Shown here piece by piece: positions 41,880 to 53,617 of a stretch of 64,000 bases of DNA. Made by a program: the position numbers and the translations under genes. The stretch is from assembly GCF_006345805.1 (NCBI RefSeq), contig NC_043002.1:106268001-106332000 (forward strand). Direction: 5' to 3'. The DNA comes from Octopus sinensis (Eukaryota). Under the pieces are notes generated by a model. The model did not search any database. It saw nothing but the letters and a program-made list of their open reading frames with translations, and was not told the origin of the DNA. The stretch's first letter is position 1, and each line of letters opens with the position of its first letter.

Positions 41880-42440
41880 CATTTACAATGCCATCCACAA
41901 AAAAGACTGTCCTGAAATAAACTTAGAAAATCCCTCTGTTATGGAACGCATTCATAAACACCAACTCAAGTAATACTGCTGGAATATTCCCATAAAAACT
42001 TCCGTCAAATGTAAGCATAACAGACCAGATATTGTTGTTTGGGGCAGAGGGGAAAAGGTATGTACCATCAGCTGCCCCGCAGAGATAAATATCTCTTTGA
42101 AAGTCAAAGAGAAAGAGGATATCTATGGAGAACTGCTTCGAAACCTCCAGCTTCTATATCCAGACTATGAATTCATATTCATACCAATAATAATTGGATC
42201 ACAAAGTTTTGTTAGTAGATTCATAAAGAAGAATCTGGATAAACTGGGATTTTCAGAGAGAGAAATCGACCGGCCAATTCGTACATTACAAGTGCAATCT
42301 GTGAGTGGAACAGTAAAAATATGCAAAACTTTCCTCAAGTTCCAAAAGTGAATTTGTCTGTGTTAATTACATCCCAAAGATGGAGCCTTGTATCTTTGTT
42401 GGAAACCGGCTCCCTCCTCAATGGAAGATTTATTATAATT
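41880..42440 (+). mobile_element. RLE LINE 3' end, second family (GTVKICKTF terminus)
   Basis: RPDIVVWG...SCPAEINISLKVKEKEDIYGELLRNLQLLYP...IPIIIG...GTVKICKTFLKF*. A related copy lies on the minus strand at about 53975-54160. Confidence 0.8.
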
Positions 42441-43047
42441 AAAAACTAGATGAGACACATAGATACAAACATATACACACAAACATATACACACCTGTAC
42501 ACATGCATACACATACATACACAACTATATAATTTCTTAACTGTATGCATCGGCATATACACAGAGTTCTAAAACCATTGAGATCTAAATGATTATTTAA
42601 ATGCTACGATTTACAAATGTTCCTAGTTGGCCTTCGACAGTTAAGATTACTTCACTCCGATGAACACTCGAGCTTTGAATCCTTCTTTTTGGTATATGTA
42701 CTACTTTACTAGTGGATATGCTCGCCTCCTTTAGTGCATCGACGGTCTTGGATCGAGCCATATAGAAGGATCAGATCACTTCAGATGACTGATTCAAGAA
42801 AATTCAAGAGACATTTGTTACTGGGTCTTAGATTCGTGTTACCTAACCGAACTACGTCTCCGGAGTCACCGTTCTGGAAAGTTTTCAGGTAAATAATTCC
42901 TCACAGCAAATGTACAGGATTACCATTATTTTCTTATTAACAAAGCAATATCATCTAATTTGAACATAAGGAAAGATTGGAAATACAGACGTGTTTCATA
43001 CATAACATTTTGCCAAAAATTATGGTCCTTATCATCTAACAATCTTT

Positions 43048-43089
<42 letters not shown>

Positions 43090-43416
43090 ATATATATATA
43101 AAACGACCGCTTTGTATGGAGTACTGTGTCCAGAATATTTGTGTTTGTGTGTTTGTGCATGTTTTAGCGTGCAGGACCTGCGGCACTGAATCGGTAGGTC
43201 GGGTTCTCTCGGTTCAAAAAAAAAACGGAATGCGAACGCCAGGGTTTACAGATGTAACAAGTTTGACGACACGAAGTATCATATTCTAACCAAATTCCTT
43301 AAAAAACATCCCAACTCGCGACTACTTAACTTCTCATCTGTCAATGACGACAGTTCTCTCAAGTAGAGGGGAACACGAAAAAAATTAACAAATACACGCC
43401 TACGCGTGCGTATGTA

Positions 43417-43479
<63 letters not shown>

Positions 43480-43508
43480 GTATATATATATATATGTATA
43501 TACATATG

Positions 43509-43539
<31 letters not shown>

Positions 43540-43639
43540 GTATATATATATATATAGTATATATACATACGTATATATATATATATATGTATATACATAT
43601 GTATATACATATGTATATATATGTATAATAATGTATATG

Positions 43640-43671
<32 letters not shown>

Positions 43672-43727
43672 CATATGTATATAATATGTATATAATGTAT
43701 ATATATATATGTATATGATATATATAC

Positions 43728-43759
<32 letters not shown>

Positions 43760-43901
43760 ATTATACATATACATATATATATATATTACAATACATATAT
43801 ACATGTAGTATATATGCTATATGTATCTATATATATATATACATGTATATATATATATACATAACATATATATATATATACATATACATATATATATTAA
43901 T

Positions 43902-43934
<33 letters not shown>

Positions 43935-44430
43935 CATGTATGTATATATGCATATGTATGTATATATATATATACATATGTGTATATATATATATATATA
44001 TGCATACATACCACACACATACACACACATATATATTATATATATTATATATATATATAAATATACATACATATATATATACATATATACATACATACAT
44101 ATATATATAATATATATATGTATGTATGTATGTATAATATACACAGCGCGCGCGCATATCTCCACATGAAAGTGCACCAAGTGGAACAGCAACAACCACT
44201 TGAAAAGTACTACCAATCTGATAAATAACAACAACAGCAACAAAAATGTCAACAGCCACCTCAGCGACGCCATTATCTTCACATTAACAAAAGTCATAAT
44301 AACAACAACAAAAATATCGCAATATTTAGAAAATACAATAACGGAAACAATAAGAAGTAAATAGCAAAAACGTAATGAAAACATCGACAATGAAGACGGG
44401 GTTGAAGATGAGGGTAGAACTTTTGTTTAC

Positions 44431-44661
44431 CTTTCATTTCCCGATCTGGTTTCATATCACAGTTGACAGACTTGTTAAAGGATGCTGTGGCATGTATGGA
44501 TTTCCCCGTGTTTTCTTCCACACACCAACACAGATTATTATAACACTGGGTCTTTTTGTAGTTACCGTTTGGTGTACATTCTGGAGTAAACGTCTGACCA
44601 TTCGGTTCCTCACGGTTGATTTTAATAGCAGCGTCTCTCTCTTCTAAACAACTGCGATGGT
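44431..44661 (-). CDS. SMOC: SMOC-family gene, internal exon encoding a thyroglobulin type-1 domain
   Basis: Acceptor ttcttgcag| and donor |gtaaac; 231 nt, phase 1/1. Translates (D)HRSCLEERDAAIKINREEPNGQTFTPECTPNGNYKKTQCYNNLCWCVEENTGKSIHATASFNKSVNCDMKPDREMK(G): six Cys, QC and CWCV motifs of TY domains, and the REMKG end typical of SMOC. Confidence 0.93.
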
Positions 44662-45676
44662 CTGCAAGAAAGTCATAGAGAGTAAGCAATGTGGAGTCAG
44701 TTAACACTAAATATCTACTTCCGGTTCCGCTGTTAGATTCTGCTTGAGGAAAAAGAAAAAAAAAGATTTTTCTTTAAATGAAAAAATGGTGCTTTAAAGC
44801 GTTTCAAATTATAGTTAATTCATAGATATGTTCGTGCAGGGTGCATGATGCAGGGTAGGAAATTTGGTCTTCATGCCTTTTCCAAAGTTTAGATTTTCAG
44901 TAGACTATAAAATAGAAGAGACTATAACAATCAGCTTAAATATCATACAGTGTTTAGTTAGGACACTTTAAATTCCAAAATGACCGCGCACGTTGATCAA
45001 ATAATACCAGTGCCTGCTAAATCAGCCATTGTCTTTTCCTTATATATAGTTGGTCTTGTCCCAATATGAAATATCAATATGTAAAATTTTCAAACAATAT
45101 CGAAGTGACAAAACCGGTGGAGAACCGAATTAAATCTTCCAATTGTGGGTTATCTCCCTCTACGGCGTAAATCCAATCTTTATTTTCTGTTTTCATTCAT
45201 TTTTCTTTTTTGCTACCCAGATCTGTTATCATTGCTGCTACTGTTTAAGTCTCATGTCTCATCGAGACCCATGATCAAATGTGTCCCGACTGTTAACATT
45301 TTACTATTCTTTCAGACAAGTGAGATTTGAGAGAGATTTTGATGATAAATTATCAGCGAAAATTTGAAGTTAACACTCACCATTGACCATAAATATCATT
45401 TTCACATTGATGAATGACTGTGACTTGAAAATTTAAAGAAATTAACAGCCATGAAACGATCGTAGTGATATATTAATTATATTTTTTAAATAATTTTGTT
45501 ATATATTTAATTAATAATATAAATTAAATAATCTTATGTATTGGCTTAAGTTTTTCATTGTATGATTTGCCTAATAGTGGTTTTGTCTCTAATTTAATAT
45601 AATATAATATTTTACTATAAAATTGGATTCAATCCTAAATCTGATTTTTCCCTGTAAGTTTGGATTTATTCCCTAA

Positions 45677-45740
<64 letters not shown>

Positions 45741-45747
45741 TATATAC

Positions 45748-45814
<67 letters not shown>

Positions 45815-46078
45815 GTTTGACTTCATTTTAAACATCAAATGTGTACTATATATATTTGGTGTTATGCTTAGGAGCAGTGCTCGGTACCAGAATTTTCGAC
45901 TCAAGTCAAATATAATAAACTACTGAAAATCACTGTAAGAGTATCTGCGTAATTGGAGTTTAGATCGGCCATTTTGTAGAGGCATCGAGTTGTGTGGATT
46001 GTAATAATGAAGTCAAAGCAAACAGTCATATAATGAAATCTTTTAATAATTACATTTCAGGTATATATATATATATTT

Positions 46079-46170
46079 TTTATTTTATAGAAGGAGCTTC
46101 TACAGGACTAGAACTGTGTCATCTGAATGAAACAGTTCTAGTCCTGTAGAAGTTCCTTCTATAAAATAAA
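46079..46170. other. 92-bp near-perfect hairpin
   Basis: 39-bp arms TTTATTTTATAGAAGGAGCTTCTACAGGACTAGAACTGT and their complement with one G.T pair; 14-nt loop that can pair further (tcat/atga). Confidence 0.9.
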
Positions 46171-47686
46171 TTACTTTACTCTGCTATGTATTGAGTACCT
46201 TATTTACTGTGGTTAATCCCGACTCAACCCGGGATCTACATATATATATATATAATTGTTCGTTTGTTTTCCCCCTGCCTTCGTCTTTTGTTTATTTTCA
46301 TAAAGCTTCCCGTTATATATATATATATATATATATATAACGGAAGATGGAATATACATAACGATCATTGTGAAAGTGACCATGCTTTACCAGTTAGCTA
46401 CTAGGTGTAAACTATTTGTTTTATTATCCAACACACACACACATCTGTCAGTGTCTATTCGTGCGTGAGTGCACCTGTATCTGTTCAAAAAATACATTCA
46501 TGTAGAGACTGTAAGTATATATCTACGTTTGCGTGTGTATGTGCGTACACGTCTGTGCGGGAGTAGAATTATACGTATCCACGCATATAAATATATGTAT
46601 GTGTATGTATGTGTGTGTGTGCGTATGTTTATGTATTCTTTTACTCTTTTACTCTTTTACTTGTTTCAGTCATTTGACTGCGGCCATGCTGGAGCACCGC
46701 TTTTAGTCGAGCAAATCGATCCCGGGACTTATTCTTTGTAAGCCCAGTACTTATTCTATCGGTCTCTTTTGCCAAACCGCTAAGTGACGGGGACGCAAAC
46801 ACACCAGCATCGGTTGTCAAGCAATGCTAGGGGGACAAACACAGACACACAAACATACACACACACTTATATATATATACATATATACGACAGGCTTCTT
46901 TCAGTTTCCGTCTACCAAATCCACTCACAAGTCATTGGTCGGCCCGGGGCTATAGCAGAAGACACTTGCCCAAGATGCCACTTGCCCAAGATGCTACTTG
47001 CCCAAGGCGTCACGCAGTGGGACTGAACCCGGAACCATGTGGTTGGTTAGCAAGCTACTTACCACACAGCCACTCCTGCGCCTATTTATACAATTTCGTA
47101 TATACATATTTGTGAGTCTGTATGTATGTATATATATGTGTGTGTGTGTGTGTTTGTGTTTGTGTACGGGTGGTGGGGGTGTGCATGCGTTATCATCATT
47201 ATTATTTAATCCAAAGCACCTTGACACCACTGATATCTTCAAGGATATTTACTATAAATTACATTCACTACTAAAACTGTAAACCACACCCTGACTGACA
47301 CCTGGTTCATTTCACCCCCCCCCTTCTCTTCTCCAAATTCTTGACCTCCATGTGTTACTCATTATCCATGTTCCTTAGAACTTGCATTGAAAAACAAAAA
47401 CAAAACAATCTAATTTCTTTCAATATCCTCCTCTTCTTTTCTCTCACACACTTCTCCTTCTATCCCTCTTCTTTCTCCCCCCCTCTCTATACGTATCTAT
47501 CCTCCTTAGTTACCGACTGGCTGTTCTAATCACATACATGTTGAAATATATTCATTAACGTCTTCATATTTTGAAATGTTTTAACTGAGAAAGGTTTACG
47601 TAATGGATGCATTTCCTATTTTGTATTACGCAAACATAATATTAAAAGATGTTTACTGCATTATGGCAAATTATATCCACACACAC

Positions 47687-47764
<78 letters not shown>

Positions 47765-47915
47765 TCTCTCCTTGTTTTTTTCGGTGTCCCTTTCTGTAGA
47801 AGAACGTAGGCTCGAAATGTTAAGACTTTTTCTATTCCTGAGCGTTATACTAATACATCTGTTTGTTTTGTACACCACCTGTCTTCGTCTTTTGTTTTTT
47901 TCGTAAACTCTCCAT
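47765..47915 (+). mobile_element. Penelope-like terminal repeat fragment with decayed variant HHR motif (47790-47824)
   Basis: CUUU-CUGUAGA-A-GAAC-GUAG-GCUC-GAAA-U-GUU-AAG; aligns to the 40600-40800 copy; between TA microsatellites. Confidence 0.55.
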
Positions 47916-47918
47916 ATA

Positions 47919-47960
<42 letters not shown>

Positions 47961-48130
47961 TATATACATATATATATATATAATATATGTATATATTTAC
48001 AAGCAGTTCTTTCAAACTACTTTGTTTTGAATACTTTTTGAATGCTTTTCTACGTTTCTTAAGACAAACGAAAATTGTGTATGTGTGTGTGTACCTGTGT
48101 GTATTTGTGTGTGTCCGAATGTATGTGTAT

Positions 48131-48191
<61 letters not shown>

Positions 48192-48825
48192 TATGTCTAC
48201 TTCTGCATAGATCAAATCAGACACGTACGCCTCTCTGCTGTTCGATGTCTTCATATATTCAAGCATTTAATTACATAGAAGCAACAAGTGCACGTCCACA
48301 CATTTCTACGCTACACTGACGCATAAGTATACATACATATATAAACATACACACACGTGATATATATGTTATGAAAAACCAAAAGAGACGAATCTTCCAA
48401 GTAAATGATCACAATTTTGACAATGAATATTATTTTGACTCTTTAATTAGTATACAATTATTGATTCAGTGCAGATTTAGCGTATATAAGTACTTAACCC
48501 AATGCAGTAAAGATTCACTTTAGTTTCCCAAAATGACGTGGTACTAATTACAATATTGACTGCGTAAACCAGGATGAGATCGAAACCAATTACTGTATCC
48601 ATTATCCTTTTTTTCTTTTAATTGGTTTCAGTCATAGGACTGTGGCCCTGATGGGGCATCACCTTGAAAGCTTTAGTAATTAAGTTTACCCTAGTTTACC
48701 CTAGTAATTAAGTTTAAATTTTGAGTCTGGTACTCTCATTCTATCAGTCCATTTTCCGAAAAACAATGAGGACGTACACAAACTAACACCGATGTTCAAG
48801 TGGTGGGAAACAGAAACTCATACTG

Positions 48826-48981
<156 letters not shown>

Positions 48982-48985
48982 ATAT

Positions 48986-49508
48986 AAGCAATAAATCTCT
49001 GACTGATGTATAGACAGTAGCTGCACGACATCGTGAAGTATATTTGGCACTTAAATGTGGCTAATCCTTAAGGGTGGATGCTACTGTAGTTTGTAGCCCC
49101 AGGAACACATCTCCTCCAGCTGGCTATTGACACATTTCCTGTGCCCTATCAGTTTTTGTAAAGGGAAGTTATCCTTCCCATCTTCAACCTGGCGTGATAC
49201 ACACGGACCCGGGTTTCTGAGTATTGACCCGTCATCAGCGTGTGACAATCACCCGTTGTCGATGTGAAGTGGATCCCAATGCAAATAGATATATCCTTTT
49301 TCGAGTGACGAAAAGTCACTGATCTCGAAAAAGTGTAAACAAGCAATAAATCTCTGAGCGAAGTATAAACAGTAGCTGCACGACATCGTGAAGTATATTT
49401 GCCACATAAATGTGGCTAATCCTTAAGGATCAATGCTACTGTAGCTTGTAGCCCCAGGAAGACATCTCCTCCAGCTGGCTATTGACATACTTCCTGTGTC
49501 CTATCAGT
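48986..49508 (-). mobile_element. Non-coding HHR-containing element: 168-bp direct repeats around a 187-bp core (1.5 copies of a 355-nt unit), retrozyme or PLE-pLTR-like
   Basis: Repeats at 48986-49153 and 49341-49508, about 14 substitutions and no indels by manual alignment. The HHR is in the core. Flanked by (TG)n/(TA)n. Confidence 0.7.
49194..49252 (-). ncRNA. Minimal type-I hammerhead ribozyme
   Basis: Minus strand reads GUGAU-UGU-CACACG-CUGAUGA-C-GGGU-CAAU-ACUC-A-GAAA-C-CCGG-GUC^CGUGUG-U-AUCAC. Stem I is 6 bp (CACACG/CGUGUG) plus a 5-bp extension; stem II is 4 bp with a C.A closing mismatch; the stem III region ACCCGGGU is self-complementary. Predicted cut between 49206 and 49205. Confidence 0.85.
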
Positions 49509-49855
49509 ATTTTCAACAAAACAACCCCAATATATATATATATATATATAACAAATGAGAGACGGAAAATGAAATATACGAGAAACTTTATTGTTGCTCA
49601 CAACGATCGTTCCGACGAATCCTGCATCGATCCCTCGAAGGTGGGATACTGTGAAACTGGTTGTGGTAGATCGCTCGGTGCAGAAGTGTCTCGTTAGGTG
49701 ATGTTATAAGGGGTATTGCGTTAAATGAGCTCTGTTTCGCTCGGTTTTAATACTGTATATATATATATATATCTTAAGGAGGGAGTTCCACACAGTGGAA
49801 CTGAAATCGAAAGCATGTCGCTCCAAAGTGAGCTTCTTAAGCACAAACCCTGTCA

Positions 49856-49892
<37 letters not shown>

Positions 49893-50380
49893 CACACATA
49901 TACACATTTGCATATACATATTTATATATATATGTACATATACATATGAATACGTATATATATACACACATATATAAGCATATATATGTGCATATATATA
50001 TGTCTGTATATACATATATGTGTGTATATATATGTGTGTGTGTGTGTGTGTGTCCATACAAAATTTATTTAATATGGAATGCCTCTCAGAGAATGAATTC
50101 TGTTTCAGTGATAGAAATGTCGCCTGAAAGCGAGAAAGCCGCGGTAATTCACCATTTGCATAGGATTGTAGGAAGGCGGTTCCGGAGAGGGTTAGTTGCC
50201 TGGTATTTGGGGAATAGGCGTGGACAACTCCTTGGTAAAGAGACTCACGTATAGATTGGTAGATTCCAACTGAGAAAAAATGATGGAGGGAAACCGGTTG
50301 GATTGGAGGGGTAAAAGAAGTAGAGGTAGATGGGACAAATTTAAAAAGTCTAAAGAGTTATATACGGGTGAAACGTGGGA

Positions 50381-50744
50381 TCTCTCTATATAAAAAAAGC
50401 AAAATGTCTGTGTACGTGTCCTTTATACAAATCCACAATTTTTCAGTTAGAGTGCTCACACTTTCTATGGTCATTCAAAACCATCCAAGGGTGGTCGTGC
50501 ACATCTTTACATTTCCCCAGTCACCCCGCAAAGCCATTAAAAAATCAACAGAAGTGACTTTTTTGTGAATTTTCTATCCAAAACCCAATCAAAATGCCCG
50601 AAACTTGATACGCCAATTGAATGCCAGCTAGCTGTATGTGATTGGTCGGAGATTTGGACAGAACTCACGTGTATGTGCTCACGCACGCAGCTGTATATGC
50701 AAGCACTCGCATTATGACCCGGCAACGCCGGGTCATAGTGCTAG
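50381..50744 (+). mobile_element. Non-autonomous Helitron, 364 bp
   Basis: A|TCTCTCTATATAA 5' end; 11-bp hairpin TATGACCCGGC-aac-GCCGGGTCATA (50713-50737); CTAG|T 3' end; AT target with no TSD. Confidence 0.88.
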
Positions 50745-51049
50745 TATATAAGAAAAATCTATAAAAATATGAAAACTAAATGAATAAAAAAATAAATATA
50801 ATTAAATATTATATTGTCTATTCATGAGTGCTTTACTTTCTAACTGCCCATCAGTCAACTAGTCTCGTTCACGATCCCTTGAATACAAACACACGAGTAA
50901 AGGAAAGCGAACTATGTTGCACAAACGTACCAACATACAAACTTGCATACATACATACATACATACATACATACATACATACATACATACATACATACAT
51001 CCATACCTACATACATACACGTATATGTGTATTATATATATATATTATA

Positions 51050-51195
51050 TATATATGCTTATACATATATTTAAAATTTACAGGAAAACAAAAAAGATAG
51101 GTGTATAAACAAGAAGCAGGTGTATTAGTTTGACGCTCGGAAAGGTGAGAAAGTCTTTTACGTTTCGAGCCTACGCTCTTCAACAGAAAAGAACA
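51050..51195 (-). mobile_element. Penelope-like terminal repeat fragment with variant HHR motif (51155-51190)
   Basis: Minus strand UUUU-CUGUUGA-A-GAGC-GUAG-GCUC-GAAA-C-GUA-AAAG; same family as the two copies above. Confidence 0.6.
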
Positions 51196-51358
51196 CGAGC
51201 AGATTTATCCTGCTTTAACTTCCTACACATCGGACTACAACCTGAACTTTCTGCACCTCTCCTCATCTACATACCAGCATTCCACCCGGATTACTATTGG
51301 ATATACATATGGATTCCCCTAGACTCTTCCGCTGATATATGTATGTATGTATGTATGT

Positions 51359-51477
51359 ATGCATCCATAACATACATAAATACATATATAAAACGCATCT
51401 TTATCGTCAGCAGTAAGTATACGAAAGGGCTATGTTTAGGGTAGATGCAGGCTAATTGTGATGAGGAAGAGGGGAAT
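51359..51477 (+). repeat. 119-bp inverted copy of the Helitron 5' end (53630-53748)
   Basis: Reverse complement of 53630-53748 with 2 mismatches. Confidence 0.9.
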
Positions 51478-51706
51478 AGTATGTATGTATGTATGTATGG
51501 TATGTATGTATGTATGTATGTATGTATGTATAAACTAGTAAACGCACCCGTCCTTTGGACGGTTTAAGTTGCTTTGGTGATATTTTTTCGCCAAATAATT
51601 GAACTACCAAGAAGGTTTATGTGTAGCACGGCAATCTATGTTTCCGATTAACCTCGGAACGGAAAATCAAATTGATGGCTGGTTATTATGGAGATATTCA
51701 TCGCGT

Positions 51707-52101
51707 GTGGAGGCGCAATGGCCCAGTGGTTAGGGCAGCGGACTCGCGGTTATAGGATCGCGGTTTCGATTCCCAGACCAGGTTTTGTGAGTGTTTATTG
51801 AGCGAAAACACCTAAAAGCTCCACGAGGCTCCGGCAGGGGATGGTGGTGATCCCTGCTGTACTCTTTCACCACAACTTTCTCTCACTCTTACTTCCTGTT
51901 TCTGTTGTACCTGTATTTCAAAGGGCCGGCCTTGTCACTCTCTGTGTCACGCTGAATATCCCCGAGAACTACGTTAAGGGTGCATGTGTCTGTGGAGTGC
52001 TCAGCCACTTACACGTTAATTTCACGAGCAGGCTGTTCCGTTGATTTGGATCAACCGGAACCTTCATCGTCGTAACCGACGGAGTGCTTCCATATATATC
52101 C
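51707..52101 (+). mobile_element. tRNA-derived SINE, head H1 + tail T1, 11-bp TSD (second copy 35655-36045, minus)
   Basis: A-box tggcccagtgg, B-box ggtttcgattcc; TSD ATTCATCGCGT at 51696-51706 and 52102-52112. Confidence 0.9.
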
Positions 52102-52120
52102 ATTCATCGCGTACATTGTT

Positions 52121-52820
52121 CCTAGTCAATTTAATCACCGTGGCAGGTGGACAGTCGAAATAAATAGACAAAATCCTTTCACTTTTATAAAATGATTAGA
52201 AAAGTATGGAACACTCTACTTACAAAAACTATGTCTATTTAGATCCATTTACGCGCGAGCTCTGGGCTACATGCTTAATGCATGACTATCCGTGGGACTG
52301 AAAATCGGTTGAGAATTGTGGAAATGTATGCATTCAGTGTTCCTAGTCAATTTAATCACCGTCGCTGGAGATCAGTGGAAATAAATAAATAAATAGACAA
52401 AATCCTTTCACTTTTATAAAATGATTAGAAAAGTATGGAACACTCTACTTACAAAAACTATGTCTATTTAGATCCATTTACGCGCGAGCTCTGGGCTACA
52501 TGCTTAATGCATGACTATCCGTGGGACTGAAAATCGGTTGAGAATTGTGGAAATGTATGCATTCAGTGTTCCTAGTCAATTTAATCACCGTCGCTGGAGA
52601 TCAGTGGAAATAAATAAATAAATAGACAAAATCCTTTCACTTTTATAAAGAGTTAAAAAAAGAATGGAAGTCCCTACATACAAAAAACTATGTCCATTTA
52701 GGTCCATTTACGCGAGAGCTCTGGGGGAAATGTTTAGTGCATGATCATCCTTGGGACATAAGTAATGTGTGTGTAAAGTTTGGTGAAAATCGGTTGAAAA
52801 TTGTGGAATGTATGCGTTAG
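52121..52820. repeat. Three tandem copies of a 221-229 bp unit inside the Helitron
   Basis: cctagtcaatttaatcaccg starts at 52121, 52342 and 52571; copies 1 and 2 are near-identical, copy 3 diverges in its second half. Confidence 0.9.
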
Positions 52821-52824
52821 TCAA

Positions 52825-53617
52825 TATACATGGGACCTGTGTCTGAACGTGTCAAAGTGCTGTCATCTGCCTGTCGGCTCTACTCCTGCAGCTCAACTTG
52901 ATTTCGAGCCGGGTCGTCTGCTGCTGGAGAGGACCGATCAGGTAAAGGACCTGGGTATCTTGGTGGATTCCTCCTTTTCGCCTTCGGCCCAGTGCCTCCA
53001 TGCTGCCAACAAAGCACGTGGAATTATGTTCTTGATTCGACGGTCATTCGGAATGCTCACAGAAGCCATATTCCTACCACCCTATGTCACACTGGTGAGA
53101 CCCATATTGGAGTATGGGATTCAAGCCTCTTCTCTTTATCTCCTCAAAGACATACAGCATCTCGAAAGAGTCCAGAAGCTGGCTACCCGCATGGTTCATG
53201 GTCTCAAAAATTTGTCCTACGAAGAAAGGCTGAGGACGCTCGACCTTTATTCTCTTGAAAAACGCCGCCGCCGAGGTGATCTCATTCTCGCCCACAACAT
53301 CATAAGCGGAAAGTGTAACCTCTCGAAAGAGCTGTTCTTCACTCCTGCTCCAGAGCGTCGGCTGCGGGGTCATTCCGAAAAGCTCTACCTGCGACGATTT
53401 CATCTCAATCGAAGGAGAGGAGCTTTCTCCGTCCGGGTTGCGGATCCGTGGAACAAGCTGTCAGACGAGATGGTGAAGATGCCGACGACTGCTTTGTTCA
53501 AAGCCTCCCTGGACCTCAAGTGGCCTGAACTCTTTACACGAACACCACCCTGTACTTAACTCCATGTCCCCCTACATGGCCTTGCTATTTGCTTTTGAGC
53601 CAAATTAACTAACTAAC
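52825..53617 (+). mobile_element. 5'-truncated CR1-clade LINE (RT C-terminal region) with (AACT)n tail
   Basis: Open frame to 53559 with KDLGILVDS, YVTLVRPILEYG, LERVQKLATRM, SLEKRRRRGDLI and FSVRVADPWNKL motifs; short 3' UTR ending aactaactaac. Confidence 0.9.

Noticed and set aside
45381-45423. Candidate upstream SMOC exon (tttcaag|...|gtgagt, phase 0/1, SQSFINVKMIFMVN)
   Set aside because: The phase fits but the peptide has no SMOC resemblance; such splice words arise by chance. Needs RNA-seq.
48986-49508. TRIM/LTR retrotransposon interpretation of the direct repeats
   Set aside because: The repeats lack TG...CA ends, and no PBS, PPT or TSD was seen; the HHR in the core favours a ribozyme retroelement.
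52825-53617. Horizontal transfer of the GC-richer CR1 fragment
   Set aside because: Higher GC is expected for young coding TE sequence; no comparative data are available here.
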